Source: Actinomycetota bacterium (GTDB lineage Bacteria > Actinomycetota > UBA4738 > HRBIN12). From it: a stretch of 64,000 nt of DNA. Positions 36,266 to 46,370 of this stretch are shown one piece after another (positions within the stretch are counted from its first letter, which is position 1; each line of letters starts with the position of its first letter). A model generated the notes under the pieces. The model searched no databases, had not been told where the DNA came from, and worked only from the letters and a program-made list of their open reading frames with translations. A program made the position numbers and the translations under genes. The stretch is taken from positions 16,568 to 80,567 of the forward strand of contig JAXLTF010000013.1 in NCBI GenBank assembly GCA_046330185.1, given 5' to 3'.

Positions 36266-36299
36266 TTGACGGGTGGCGTGGTAGGCAGGTTATCATGCC
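36266..36299 (+). promoter_or_regulatory. putative promoter (TTGACG-N19-TATCAT) overlapped by operator site 3 (GGCAGGTTATCATGCC)
   Basis: The -35 context GTTGACGGGTGGCG parallels 26224-26239. GGCAGGTTATCATGCC (36284-36299) has complementary GGCA/TGCC arms, and its downstream flank CACCTGACC parallels CACCTTCTGACC after site 1. Confidence 0.5.
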
Positions 36300-36351
36300 A
36301 CCTGACCACCGCGGCGGTCGCGGATGGTGCGCCGATCGGGGAGGGGGAGAG

Positions 36352-37548
36352 ATGGGCGACGCGCAGGATCGCGAGCGCAGGTTCGTGCTCGATCGCAGGC
36401 GGTTCCTGGGACTCACGGGAGGCGCGGCCGCGGCGGCCTTCCTCGCCTCGTGCGGGCTCTCGGGCGACGACGGCGCCACGACCACCGGTCCCAGCCCCAC
36501 GGGGTCCACGGGCGCTGCCTCCCCGAGCCCGCTCCCGCCGGTGGGCGGCCCCTTCAACTACTACACCTGGGAGGGCTACGACACCGCCGGCGACTTCACG
36601 AAGTGGTTCAAGGACAACGGGATCGAGCTGAACACGAAGTACATCTCCGGCCCCGAGGAGGTGCCGACCGTCCTCAAGGGCCCCGGCGGTGACCAGTGGG
36701 ACGCCTCGTACGGCGACAACGTCGTGCTGCTCTACTTCAAGGAGCTGGGCATCCTCACGCCGCTGACCGAGGAACAGGTGCCCGGTCTCGCCGGGCTGAT
36801 GCCCGCCTTCCAGGTGCCTCCGTTCAAGAACGAGGACGGCACGTACAACGCCGTCCCCTGGACCTGGGGGTTCTCCGGGGTGACGTACCGCACCGACCGG
36901 GTGCCGGAGCCGACCAGCTGGCACGACCTGCTGGATCCGAAGTACGAGGGGCGGGTCTCGACGATCGACAGCGCGCTGAACAACGTCGCGCTCGGATCGC
37001 TCGCGGTGGGGATCGACCCCGACACGCTCACCTCGGACCAGCTGAACGGCGAGGTGAAGGAGTACCTCACGTCCCTGGTCGGCCAGATCAAGGCGCTGGC
37101 GCCCACGATCGGAGACTCGATCTCGCTCCTGCTCTCGGGCGACGTCGACTACATGGTCGTCGGGCTGGCGTTCATGGACTCGGTCACGGCGGACGAGGGC
37201 ATCCCCACCGAGACGATCGTCCCGTCGGAGGGCGCGATCGGCTGGAACGACTCGGTGTTCCTCACGCCCACCGCGCCGAACCCGCAGAACGCGCTGGCGT
37301 TCATGAACCACCTGGTCGATCCCGCGGCGAACGCGGAGGCGAACAGCAGCATCCTCCAGGGGCCCGGCGTCCAGGCGGCGATCCCGCTCCTGTCGAAGGA
37401 GGCGGCGGCGCAGTATCCCTTCGACGACATCGACAACTACCTCTCCAACACGCTGACGTTCAACCAGGGGTTCCCGCACGAGCCCGACGGCGATCGCGCC
37501 ACTTACGACGAGGTCCTCGCCCTGTGGGAGGAGGTCAAGGGATCCTGA
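36352..37548 (+). CDS. PotD/PotF-family periplasmic substrate-binding lipoprotein with a Tat-type signal
   Basis: The ATG follows a GGGAGGGGGAGA ribosome-binding site. 'RRFVLDRRRFLGLTGGAAAAAFLASCG' contains twin arginines and a lipobox. The mature part ('NYYTWEGYD...VPWTWGFSGVTYR...') resembles polyamine/amine-binding proteins. Confidence 0.75.
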   Translation: MGDAQDRERRFVLDRRRFLGLTGGAAAAAFLASCGLSGDDGATTTGPSPTGSTGAASPSPLPPVGGPFNYYTWEGYDTAGDFTKWFKDNGIELNTKYISGPEEVPTVLKGPGGDQWDASYGDNVVLLYFKELGILTPLTEEQVPGLAGLMPAFQVPPFKNEDGTYNAVPWTWGFSGVTYRTDRVPEPTSWHDLLDPKYEGRVSTIDSALNNVALGSLAVGIDPDTLTSDQLNGEVKEYLTSLVGQIKALAPTIGDSISLLLSGDVDYMVVGLAFMDSVTADEGIPTETIVPSEGAIGWNDSVFLTPTAPNPQNALAFMNHLVDPAANAEANSSILQGPGVQAAIPLLSKEAAAQYPFDDIDNYLSNTLTFNQGFPHEPDGDRATYDEVLALWEEVKGS

Positions 37549-37567
37549 ACCGGATGCCGACCTAGGC

Positions 37568-38434
37568 GTGTCGCTCTCCCGGCGCCTGGCCGCGTTCCTG
37601 CTCACCCCGCTCGGGGCACTGCTCCTGTTGGCCGTCCTGGTCCCGACGGCCATGTTGTTCGCGTTCTCGTTCTTCCACCTCCGGCTGCTGGAGATCGTGC
37701 CCGGCGCGAGCCTCGACAACTACGAGCGGGTCGTCACGACGTCGTTGTACCGGCGTTACGCGCTGAACACGCTGCTGATCGCCGGCCCAACCGCGCTCCT
37801 GTCGACGATCGGGGGATACGTGCTGGCGTACTTCCTCGTCTTCCGCGCCCGCCGCTCGCGCGCCGTGCTGCTGGTCGCGATCGTCATCGCCCTGATGGGG
37901 AGCTACCTCGCGTTGATCTACTCCTGGCGGACGCTCTCGGGCGAGAGCGGGATCTTCAACTCGCTGCTGCAGGCGCTGAACCTGACCGAACGGCCGCTCG
38001 GGATCCTGCTGTTCTCGCGCACCGCCGTCATCGTCGCGGAGGTGAACTTCTTCCTGCCGTTCACGACCCTGGTGCTGTTCTCGAGCCTGTCCTCGATCTC
38101 GCCGGAGCTCGAGCCGGCCGCGCGCGACCTGGGGGCATCCCGGTCCATGACGCTCCGCAGGATCCTCCTGCCGCTGTCCGGATCCGCGATCTTCGGAGCG
38201 CTGCTGTTCGTCTTCTTCCTGTCCGCGGGCGACTACATCACGCCGGTCTTCCTGGGAGGCATCGGGTCCAGCGCGATGATGGGCACCTTGATCGCTGACC
38301 AGCTCACGACCGGGCTGAACTACCCGCTCGGCGCAGCCATGGCGTTCGTGATGCTCGCGTGCTTCCTGGTCCTCGTCGTGCTGCTCAGGCTCGGTATGCG
38401 CGCCGGCGGATTGCTCCCGAGGCACACGGGATGA
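37568..38434 (+). CDS. ABC transporter permease (PotB-like)
   Basis: Six TM segments and the EAA-type loop 'ELEPAARDLGASRSMTLRRILLPL'. Confidence 0.8.
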   Translation: MSLSRRLAAFLLTPLGALLLLAVLVPTAMLFAFSFFHLRLLEIVPGASLDNYERVVTTSLYRRYALNTLLIAGPTALLSTIGGYVLAYFLVFRARRSRAVLLVAIVIALMGSYLALIYSWRTLSGESGIFNSLLQALNLTERPLGILLFSRTAVIVAEVNFFLPFTTLVLFSSLSSISPELEPAARDLGASRSMTLRRILLPLSGSAIFGALLFVFFLSAGDYITPVFLGGIGSSAMMGTLIADQLTTGLNYPLGAAMAFVMLACFLVLVVLLRLGMRAGGLLPRHTG

Positions 38435-39252
38435 CCCGGCGGCCGCATCTGCTGACGATCGTCGTGGCGGTGCTGATCGTCTTCATCTACCTGCCGCTCG
38501 TGGTCGTGGTCATGTACGGGCTGAACTCCGGATCCAACCTGAGCTGGCCCCCGCACGGCGTCTCCTTCAGGTGGTTCCGCTTCATCTTCGGCACGGCGCA
38601 GTTCCGATCGGGCCTTCGAACCAGCGCGATCGCGGCGACGGCGACCGCTCTGATCGCCGGAGCGATCGGGACCGCAGCGGCGTTCGCCTTCACCCGCCGC
38701 CCCTCCCGCGCGGCGGGCTGGCTCGAGAGCGGCTCGCGGCTGCCCGTGATGCTGCCGCCGCTGTTCATCGGGATCTCGCTCGTCGCCGCGATGAAGGCCT
38801 TCGCGATCGACCCATCGATGTACACGATCGTCGCCGGTCACGTGATCGTCACGACGCCGTTCGTGATCCTGATCGTCGGCGCGCGCCTGCGCCACTACGA
38901 CGTGGCGGTCGAGCAGGCGGCGAGGGACCTGGGGGCCCGGCCGTCGATGGTGCTGCGGAGGATCACGGCGCCCTTGATCGGCCCCTCGGTGGTCGGGGCC
39001 ATGATGATCGCGTTCGCGATCTCTTTCGATGAGGTCCTGATCACCAACTTCACGTCGGGCACGCAGGTGACCCTTCCCCTGTTCGTCCTGTCGCGGCTCC
39101 GCCGTACGATCGACCCGTCGATCAACGCGGTGGCCACCATCCTGCTGATCGTTCCCTGGATCGCGGTCGCCCTGTCCTTCGCGTTCCAGCGACGCCGCTC
39201 GTCCCGTCAGGCGGTCAGGGATCAGGCCGAGGCGCTGGCGAGGGTGGCATGA
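38431..39252 (+). CDS. ABC transporter permease (PotC-like)
   Basis: The ATG overlaps the upstream stop (ATGA). The N-terminus is 'MTRRPHLLTIVVAVLIVFIYLPLVVVVMYGLN' and the EAA loop is 'AVEQAARDLGARPSMVLRRITAPL'. Confidence 0.8.
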   Translation: MTRRPHLLTIVVAVLIVFIYLPLVVVVMYGLNSGSNLSWPPHGVSFRWFRFIFGTAQFRSGLRTSAIAATATALIAGAIGTAAAFAFTRRPSRAAGWLESGSRLPVMLPPLFIGISLVAAMKAFAIDPSMYTIVAGHVIVTTPFVILIVGARLRHYDVAVEQAARDLGARPSMVLRRITAPLIGPSVVGAMMIAFAISFDEVLITNFTSGTQVTLPLFVLSRLRRTIDPSINAVATILLIVPWIAVALSFAFQRRRSSRQAVRDQAEALARVA

Positions 39253-40391
39253 CCCCGCATCCGTCGACCGGAACGGTGTCGATCCGAGGCGTGACGAAGC
39301 ACTTCGGAGAGGTGGCGGCGCTGCACACGCTCGACCTCGACATCCCTGCGGGGTCCTTCTTCAGCCTCCTCGGGCCGAGCGGCTGCGGCAAGACGACCCT
39401 GCTCCGGATCATCGCCGGGCTCGAGTCGCCGGACGCGGGCTCGGTGCAGAGCGACGGCGAGGACATCACTGCGCGCCCGCCGGAGCGCAGGCCGTTCAAC
39501 ATGGTGTTCCAGCACTACGCGCTGTTCCCGCACATGACGGTGGCCGACAACATCGGGTTCGGGCTCACCACGCAGTCGAAGCAGCAGCGCGAGACCAGGG
39601 ATGAGCGCAAGCGACGGGTCCTCGAGATGCTCAGCCTGGTGAGCCTCGAAGGGTTCGGGCACCGATACCCGTCAGAGCTCTCGGGCGGGCAGGCGCAGCG
39701 CGTGGCCGTGGCCCGGGCCCTGGTGAACCGGCCGCGCGTGCTGCTCCTCGACGAGCCGCTCAGCGCGCTCGACCGGAACGTGCGTTTCGCGCTCCGGGAG
39801 GAGCTCCTGCGGATCCATCAGGAGCTCGGCACGACGTTCGTGTTCGTCACGCACGACCAGGACGAGGCGCTGAGCATCTCGCAGCTGGTCGGGGTCATGA
39901 ACGACGGCAGGCTCGAGCAGGTCGCCGATCCCCAGACCGTCTACCGATCTCCGGCAACCCTGTTCACCGCCCGCTTCATCGGTGCCGGGTCCTTCGTGCC
40001 CGCGACCGTGCTGTCCCGGGGCATCGGAACCGCTGAGGTCGAGGTTGCCGGTCACCGGTTCAGAGCAACCGACGCCGGCACCGACGGCTCCGCCACGGCC
40101 CAGGTGCTCCTGCGACCCGAGGAGCTCGAGGAACGGGAGCGCGGCCGCGGGGTACTCGAGGGCGTGGTCGAATCCTGCTCGTTCTTCGGCTCGCACTTCG
40201 AGGTCCTGACCCGGACCTCCGTCGGCCCGTGTCGCCTGCGCCTCCGCGCGCCCAGGTCGCCCGGTGAGACCGTCTCGATCGGCTGGCCCGAGAGCGCCGG
40301 GATCGCCTACCGCGACGACCCGGGCGGACCCGCCCCGCAGCCAGGCGAGACTCCGACAACGGGGCACGCCACACCACCGGTCGTCGGATAG
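39249..40391 (+). CDS. ABC transporter ATP-binding protein (PotA-like, with a C-terminal TOBE-type domain)
   Basis: 'GPSGCGKTTLLRIIAGLE', 'LSGGQAQRVAVARAL', 'LLLDEPLSALD' and 'VTHDQDEAL'. It overlaps the upstream permease gene by 4 nt. Confidence 0.85.
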   Translation: MTPHPSTGTVSIRGVTKHFGEVAALHTLDLDIPAGSFFSLLGPSGCGKTTLLRIIAGLESPDAGSVQSDGEDITARPPERRPFNMVFQHYALFPHMTVADNIGFGLTTQSKQQRETRDERKRRVLEMLSLVSLEGFGHRYPSELSGGQAQRVAVARALVNRPRVLLLDEPLSALDRNVRFALREELLRIHQELGTTFVFVTHDQDEALSISQLVGVMNDGRLEQVADPQTVYRSPATLFTARFIGAGSFVPATVLSRGIGTAEVEVAGHRFRATDAGTDGSATAQVLLRPEELEERERGRGVLEGVVESCSFFGSHFEVLTRTSVGPCRLRLRAPRSPGETVSIGWPESAGIAYRDDPGGPAPQPGETPTTGHATPPVVG

Positions 40392-40414
40392 CCCGACGTT
40401 CGGGAGAGGCGGTC

Positions 40415-41359
40415 CTATCCGGCCGGATCGATGGAGCGGGTCTCCGGCAGCGCGACGTCGGGGTCGTCCGCCCGGCTCCCCCGGGCCGACCGGACGACGA
40501 TCGCGCCTGTGGCGGCGACCACGAGCAGCCCGCCCACGATCACGAGCGGCGTGAGCGGCTGCTCCAGCAGGAGCCAGGCGAGGATCGACGCGACGACGGG
40601 CTGGCACTGCGTGATCAGCGAGGACCGCCACGCCTCCAGGTGGCGGTGCGACCAGGCCACCATCAGGTGACCGAGCGTCCCGGGGATCAGGACCACCACC
40701 CACAGCCAGATCCGGTCGGTCCCCTGCGGCGGCGCGAGCGACACACCCCCGATCGCGGTAACAGCGATCACCACGATCGCCGCAACCAGCGTCGCCGTGG
40801 CCATGTACTCGAGCGCGGACACGTTCAGGCGGGCGCGCTTCGAGAACAGCCAGTACGCCGTCCACGACACCGCGCTGCCGAGGGCCATCAGGTCCCCCAT
40901 CGGGTTCCAGGCCGACGAGCCGACCGAGCCGACCGCGACCATCCCGACGCCGACGAACGAGAGCGAAGCGAACAGCGCCTCGCGCCCCCCGAATCGCTCG
41001 CCGAACCAGCGGGAGGCTCCGAGCGCGATGAAGATCGGCGCGAGGGCCCCGATGACGGTGGCGCTCGCCACGCTGGTCACCCGGAACGCCCCGAACGCGA
41101 GCACGAGGTCTCCGGCGTAGAGCACTCCCCCGAGCCAGTACGAACGGACGGCCGACCACCGTTGACGACGGCCGGTCGCCAGCAGGGCGAGCTGCAGGAT
41201 GATCGCGCCGAAGGCGAGCCGCCAGCTGGCGAACCCCAGCGTGGGCATCTGGACCTGCCTGAGGATGATCGGCGCCGTGCCCCAGGCGACGGTGGTGGCC
41301 CCGACCGCCGCCACCGCGAGCCGCCTCTCCCGGGTCGCGGACCGGGTGCGTCGCGTCAT
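40415..41359 (-). CDS. EamA/DMT-family transporter
   Basis: A 314-aa protein with ten hydrophobic segments arranged as two EamA-like halves ('WGTAPIILRQV...', 'AVSWTAYWLFSKRA'). Confidence 0.7.
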   Translation of the reverse strand: MTRRTRSATRERRLAVAAVGATTVAWGTAPIILRQVQMPTLGFASWRLAFGAIILQLALLATGRRQRWSAVRSYWLGGVLYAGDLVLAFGAFRVTSVASATVIGALAPIFIALGASRWFGERFGGREALFASLSFVGVGMVAVGSVGSSAWNPMGDLMALGSAVSWTAYWLFSKRARLNVSALEYMATATLVAAIVVIAVTAIGGVSLAPPQGTDRIWLWVVVLIPGTLGHLMVAWSHRHLEAWRSSLITQCQPVVASILAWLLLEQPLTPLVIVGGLLVVAATGAIVVRSARGSRADDPDVALPETRSIDPAG

Positions 41360-41418
41360 GGCGGGACGCTACCAGCGACCCTCGGCGCGACCGCGTACAC
41401 TGGGCCGCTTCCACCGTC

Positions 41419-43308
41419 ATGACCGACCCCAGACGACCTTCCCCGCTCGCGGCCGCGTTCATCGTGCTCGCCGTCCTGGCGCCGTTCGCGCTGGCGAGCG
41501 GCGTCCCCGGGGCCGCGGGCGATCCGCGCTCCGTCGCGCGGCACGGTGACGGAACGGCCGGATCCTCGGGCGACGCGGCGTCCGGTCGCCTCCACGTACG
41601 GATGGCTCCGCCTCCGAACACGCTCCCCGGGATCGACGTCTCCCACCATCAGGACGAGATCGACTGGGCTCAGGTCGCCGCGTCGGGCATCCGGTTCGCG
41701 TTCCAGAAGGCGACCGAGGGCACCGGCTACGTCGACCCGACCTACGCGACGAACCGCGCGGGGGCGACCGCGAACGGGATCGTCTTCGGCGCGTACCACT
41801 TCGCGCGTCCCGACCTACATCCCTTCGATCCGGTACCGGAGGCGGACCACTACGTCGACACGGCGCAGCTCGGCCAGGGGAACCTGCTCCCGGTCCTGGA
41901 CCTCGAGCGCTCGGGGAACCTCGACCAGCAGGAGCTGACCGACTGGATCCTCGGGTGGCTCGACCGCGTCTACGAACGCACCGGCGTCAGACCGATCGTC
42001 TACACGAGCCCGAACGGCTGGGACGAACGCACCGGCGACACGACCGCGATCGCCGACGCCGGCTACTCGACGCTCTGGGTGGCACACTGGAACACGCAGA
42101 GCCCCCGCGTCCCGGCGAACGAGTGGCAGGGCTACGGCTGGACCTTCTGGCAGTACACGAACTGCGCCTCGATCGCGGGGATCGGCGGCTGCGTCGACGG
42201 CGACTGGTTCGACGGGCTGGACCTGACGCCGTACACGATCCCGTCGCCCGACACGACGGCGCCGGTCGCGTCGCTCGCGACCCCAACCGGCGTGGTCGGA
42301 CCGGTGACCGTGACCTTCAGCGAGATCGTCCGCGCGGTCACACCACAGAACGTGCTCGTCCGAGAGCTCGACACCGGTGCGATCGTTCCGGCGACGCTCT
42401 CGTGCTGGTCGAAGGCCGGGACCGAGGTCGCGTGCGCCACAGGGAAGCTCGTCACCGTCGTCGCCGAGCCCGAGGCGCCCCTGATCCCGGGGCAGGCATA
42501 CGCCGCGGTCATGAACCCCGCCGGCGCGACCCCGGTCGTCGACCGCAGCGGCAACCCGGCGACGCCCGCGGAGCAGCCGTTCGCGGCGCCCACCGAGATC
42601 GAGCAGGCGAGCCCGGCGATCGCGTACGACTGGCGGAGCGTTCCCTCCGGCAAGGCCTACGGCGGCTCGTACGTCGTGGAGCGCGGCAAGGGTGCCGCGG
42701 CCACGTTCGCGTTCAGCGGCCGCCAGGTCACGTGGTTCACGGTCACTGGGCCGACCTTCGGACGGGCGATCGTGCTGATCGACGGCCGCGTGCGCGGGAC
42801 GTTCGACCAGTTCGCCGCGTCGAACCGGTTCGAGGTGGAGCGCGCCATCCATGGGCTCGCCGCCGGGCCGCACACGATCACGGTGCGCGCCACGGGCAGG
42901 CGCTCACCGGGGGCCTCCGATGCGCTCGTGGCGATCGACGCTTTCCGCGCCGGCGGCAAGACCGTGTGGTCGCCTCCGCTGCGCGGTTCGTGGCGGACGC
43001 AGCGCGTCGGGGGCGGGACGGCGGCGGTGACCGACCTCGGCCGGGCGAGCGCGACGTTCGTGTTCCACGGGACCGGCGTGCGGTGGCGGACGGCGCGCGG
43101 CCCCTTCAGGGGCAGGGCCGAGGTTTGGCTCGACGGGGCGCTGCTGAGGACCGTGGACAACTTCGCTCCGGCGCCGAGCCCGGTGACCCGGACGATCGAC
43201 GGCCTCGCGCTCGGGACCCACACCCTGCGCATCGTCGTGCTGGGGACGGCGCGCCCGGCTGCCAGGGGCACCGAGGTTGCGGTCGACGGGTTCTCGGTCC
43301 TGCCCTGA
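41419..43308 (+). CDS. secreted GH25 muramidase (lysozyme) with Ig-like and duplicated C-terminal beta-sandwich domains
   Basis: There is a signal peptide. The GH25 core is 'LPGIDVSHHQDEIDWAQVAASGIRFAFQKATEGTGYVDPTY...GAYHFARP...LPVLDLE'. The C-terminal ~110-aa module occurs twice ('ATFAFSGRQVTWFTVTGPTFGRAIVLIDG' and 'ATFVFHGTGVRWRTARGPFRGRAEVWLDG'). Confidence 0.8.
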   Translation: MTDPRRPSPLAAAFIVLAVLAPFALASGVPGAAGDPRSVARHGDGTAGSSGDAASGRLHVRMAPPPNTLPGIDVSHHQDEIDWAQVAASGIRFAFQKATEGTGYVDPTYATNRAGATANGIVFGAYHFARPDLHPFDPVPEADHYVDTAQLGQGNLLPVLDLERSGNLDQQELTDWILGWLDRVYERTGVRPIVYTSPNGWDERTGDTTAIADAGYSTLWVAHWNTQSPRVPANEWQGYGWTFWQYTNCASIAGIGGCVDGDWFDGLDLTPYTIPSPDTTAPVASLATPTGVVGPVTVTFSEIVRAVTPQNVLVRELDTGAIVPATLSCWSKAGTEVACATGKLVTVVAEPEAPLIPGQAYAAVMNPAGATPVVDRSGNPATPAEQPFAAPTEIEQASPAIAYDWRSVPSGKAYGGSYVVERGKGAAATFAFSGRQVTWFTVTGPTFGRAIVLIDGRVRGTFDQFAASNRFEVERAIHGLAAGPHTITVRATGRRSPGASDALVAIDAFRAGGKTVWSPPLRGSWRTQRVGGGTAAVTDLGRASATFVFHGTGVRWRTARGPFRGRAEVWLDGALLRTVDNFAPAPSPVTRTIDGLALGTHTLRIVVLGTARPAARGTEVAVDGFSVLP

Positions 43309-43432
43309 TCGCCCTCCGCCGTGGCCGAAGGGCGGTAGCCGCCCGACGCCGGCGCGTGAGAACCTGACCGCGGACCGCGGAACCCGCAGCGCCGGTGGGG
43401 ACCGGCGACGCGGCCGCCTGGAGGGCGTAACG

Positions 43433-43968
43433 ATGCGACGCACCCTGACGACGACGGCACTCGTCCTGGTGGCCACGCTGTTCGTCGGCGTGCAGCCGAC
43501 CCTGGCCGCGACGATCGTCGAACAGATCCCCGGCCACGTCCGGCAGGACCTCTCGACGTTCTGCGGCGGCTCGCGGGACGTGGTCGACCAGCGTGACCCG
43601 CGGACGATGACGACGTTCACCGATCGGCGCGGCGCGATCGTCCTGCAGACCCTGGCGACGCAGACGACCGACCTGTTCACACGGGGCGACGGGGCCCTGA
43701 TGGACCTGCCGGAAACGTCGCTCGTCGCGGTCCGCCCGGATCGGAACGGCGACGACGCATCCATCCTGTGGATCGGCCGGGGCGCGCTCTGGGGCACGAA
43801 CGAGTCGAACGGCGGCGCGGGATTCCTGCTGTGGTGACGGGCGCCGTGTTGATGAAGGGAAGCTTCAACCACAAGACCGGCGCGTACGCGCTGTCATCCA
43901 TGGCGATCGTGGGACAGCAGACGGACCTGTGCGAGGCGATCGACGAGGGCCTGAAGCCGCGTCACTGA
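43433..43968 (+). CDS. secreted hypothetical protein, with a frameshift near 43835
   Basis: A GGAGGG ribosome-binding site and signal peptide 'MRRTLTTTALVLVATLFVGVQPTLAA'. The ORF stops at 43837, but the sequence continues plausibly in the frame of ORF 43768-43968 ('VTGAVLMKGSFNHKTGAYALSSMAIVGQQTDLCEAI'). Confidence 0.45.
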
Positions 43969-44029
43969 ACCGAGCGCCCGACGCCTCCCCGCCTCCGCGG
44001 GGCGCTGGCTCGAGCGGCCCTGGGGCCGC

Positions 44030-44823
44030 ATGCGGGTACAAGACGTCGGCGGCGAGGGTCGGGCGGTGCTGGCGGTCCACGGGCAGGCGGCTCCGGCCGG
44101 TGACTGGCAGGGGCTCGTCGAGCGGATCGGCGACCGGTTCCGCGTGATCGCTCCCGACCTGGCGGGCTTTCGGCGCCTCGGCCAAGCCACACGTCGCGTA
44201 CGACCGGCCGATGCAGCTCGCGAACCTCGACGCCGCGTTGGAGGCCGCATGGGTCCCTGGCGAGCGGCGCCGGTCCGGTGATCGTCGTCGCCCATTCCCT
44301 GGGGCGCCGTGTTCGCCACGCTCTGGGCGGCGGAGCACGTCGAGCGCGTGCGCGGGCTCGCGCTCGTAGCGGCCCCGTGGCTGAGCGCGACGGCGGCCCC
44401 GGCTGGGCGCGCCAGGACCGTCGCCCCGCGCTGGCGTTCAGGGTCGCCGGGCGCGCTGCTCGGCCTGATCACGCCCGCGATCGCCGTTCCGGTCGGGGTG
44501 GCCCGTGGGTATCCGGCCGGGGTCGCGGCGGACTTCGGGCGGCAGACGCTCCGAGCCCGCACGCGGACCCTGTTCACCGCGTCCACGACCCGGCGCTGGG
44601 CGTGGAGCTCACCACGGCGAGCGCTGCGCTGGGCCCGGGGATCCCGCAGCTCCTCGTGCGCGCGAGGGACGACCGCACGGTCACCGCCTCGTCGCAGGCG
44701 AGGTGGAGGAAGCGCTGCCGCACGCGGAGTGTTCGGACGGTCGGGTCCGGGGGCCACCAGTTCCCTGCTGCGCGACGGGTTCGAGCCGCTCGTCACGTGG
44801 CTCCGCGCGCTCCCGGGGGTTAG
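44030..44823 (+). pseudogene. alpha/beta-hydrolase, with multiple frameshifts
   Basis: The pieces lie in three frames: 'VLAVHGQAAPAGDWQGLVERIGDRFRVIAPDLAGF', '(V)IVVAHSLG' (nucleophile elbow), 'FATLWAAEHVERVRGLALVAAPW' and 'GGHQFLLRDGFEPLVTWLRALPG'. Confidence 0.65.
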
Positions 44824-45245
44824 GTCTCGTTCGCTCGGGCCCGGTCGGCCGCCATCCGGCGGAGAGGCGGTCGGTCAGCTCCGGCATCTGAGCGGTGAGC
44901 TCCTCGAGCCGCTCGTACCCGATCGCGATCGCCCGGACCGGCTCGCGGGCCCGGACCATGGCGACCGCCCTCCGCTGGCCGAGCAGGCCCATCTCCCCGA
45001 CCACGTCCCCGGGGCCGAGCGTCGCCAGGCCGCTCGTCGTCGAGCATCACCTCCACGGTCCCCGGCTCGATCACGATCAGGTCGCGCGGCAGGTCCCCCT
45101 GCCGGATCAGCGCATCTTCCCGGCGCCAGCTCGATCTCGCGGACCCATGAGGCCACGACCGACAGATCGTGGTGATCGAGCTCACCGAAGAGCGGCAGCA
45201 CGCGAAGCCGTTCGACCTCCACGGCGGCATCGTCCCACACCGTCC
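44820..45245 (-). pseudogene. cyclic-nucleotide-binding-domain protein, with multiple frameshifts
   Basis: 'VEVERLRVLPLFGELDHHDLSVVASWVREIELA', 'EDALIRQGDLPRDLIVIEPGTVEVMLDDER' and 'VVGEMGLLGQRRAVAMVRAREPVRAIAIGYERLEELT' are consecutive cNMP-binding-domain segments found in three different minus-strand frames. Confidence 0.65.
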
Positions 45246-45250
45246 GTGCG

Positions 45251-46365
45251 ATGATGCCGGGGCCGTGGACACCCGCACCCCCAGCCTCCCGCAGATCCAG
45301 CGGGCACCGAAGGTCCCTCCACGACCATCTCGACGGCGGCCTGCGTCCGGTCACGATCGTCGAGCTGGCGGATCGGGACGGCTACGAGGCGCTCCCGACC
45401 CGCGACCTGGACGAGCTCGCCGCCTGGATGACGCGCGGCGCCAGCCGCCGAGACCTGGTCTCTTCTCGAGACGTTCGCCCACACGGTCGGCGTCCTGCAG
45501 ACCCCGGATGCCCTCTCCAGGGTCGCCCGCGAGTGCGTCGAGGACCTGGCGGCCGACGGGGTGGTGTACGCCGAGGTCCGGTTCGCGCCGGAGCTTCCAC
45601 CTGGCGCGCGGGATGCGGCTGGACGAGGTCGTGGAGGCGGTGCAGGACGGGTTCGGGAGCGGGCAGGCGCAGGCGCGCGGCCACCGGACGATCCGCGTCC
45701 GCACCCTCCTACCGCGATGCGGACGGCCGCGCGGAGCCCGAGATCGCGGAGCTGGCCGTCAGGTGGCGCGACCGCGAGGTCTGCGGCTTCGACATCGCCG
45801 ACGGAGGCGGGCTTCCCGGGCCGACCCGGCACCTCGACGCGTTCGAGCACGTCCGCCGGGGAGAACTTCCACCTAACGATCCATGCCGGGGAGGCGTTCG
45901 GACCGCCCTCCATCTGGGAAGCCGTCCAGCTCTGCGGCGCGGAGCGGCTCGGCCACGGGGTCCGGATCGCCGACGATCTCGACCTGAACGGCGAGGGCCC
46001 GCCGCGCCTCGAAGCGCCGGCTTCGCGGCCCTCATCCGCGACCGCCGGATCCCGCTGGAGCTGTGCCCGACCTCCAACGTGCACTCCGGCGCGGTCGCCT
46101 CGATCGCCGAACATCCGATCGGGGCGCTGGCCGCCCTGCTCTTCCGCGTCACGGTGAACACCGACAACCGGTTGATGTCCGCGACCTCGGTCTCGAGCGA
46201 GCTCGCACGGCTCGTCGACGCGTTCGGGTGGGGCCATGAGCTCGAGCGCGTCGCCGTCGACGCCATGAAGTCGGCGTTCCTGCCGTTCGACAAGCGGCTG
46301 GCCCTGATCCAGGGGACTCCTCCTGCCCGGCCTACCCGGCGCTGCGCGAGGAACAGCCGGCCTAG
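45251..46365 (+). pseudogene. add: adenosine deaminase, with many frameshifts
   Basis: The fragments are in order but in alternating frames: 'LHDHLDGGLRPVTIVELA', 'VYAEVRFAPE', 'HLTIHAGEAFGPPSIWEAVQLCGAERLGHGVRIADD', 'ELCPTSNVHSGAV...RVTVNTDNRLMS.TSVSSE' and 'AMKSAFLPFD'. Confidence 0.75.
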
Positions 46366-46370
46366 GCCGG

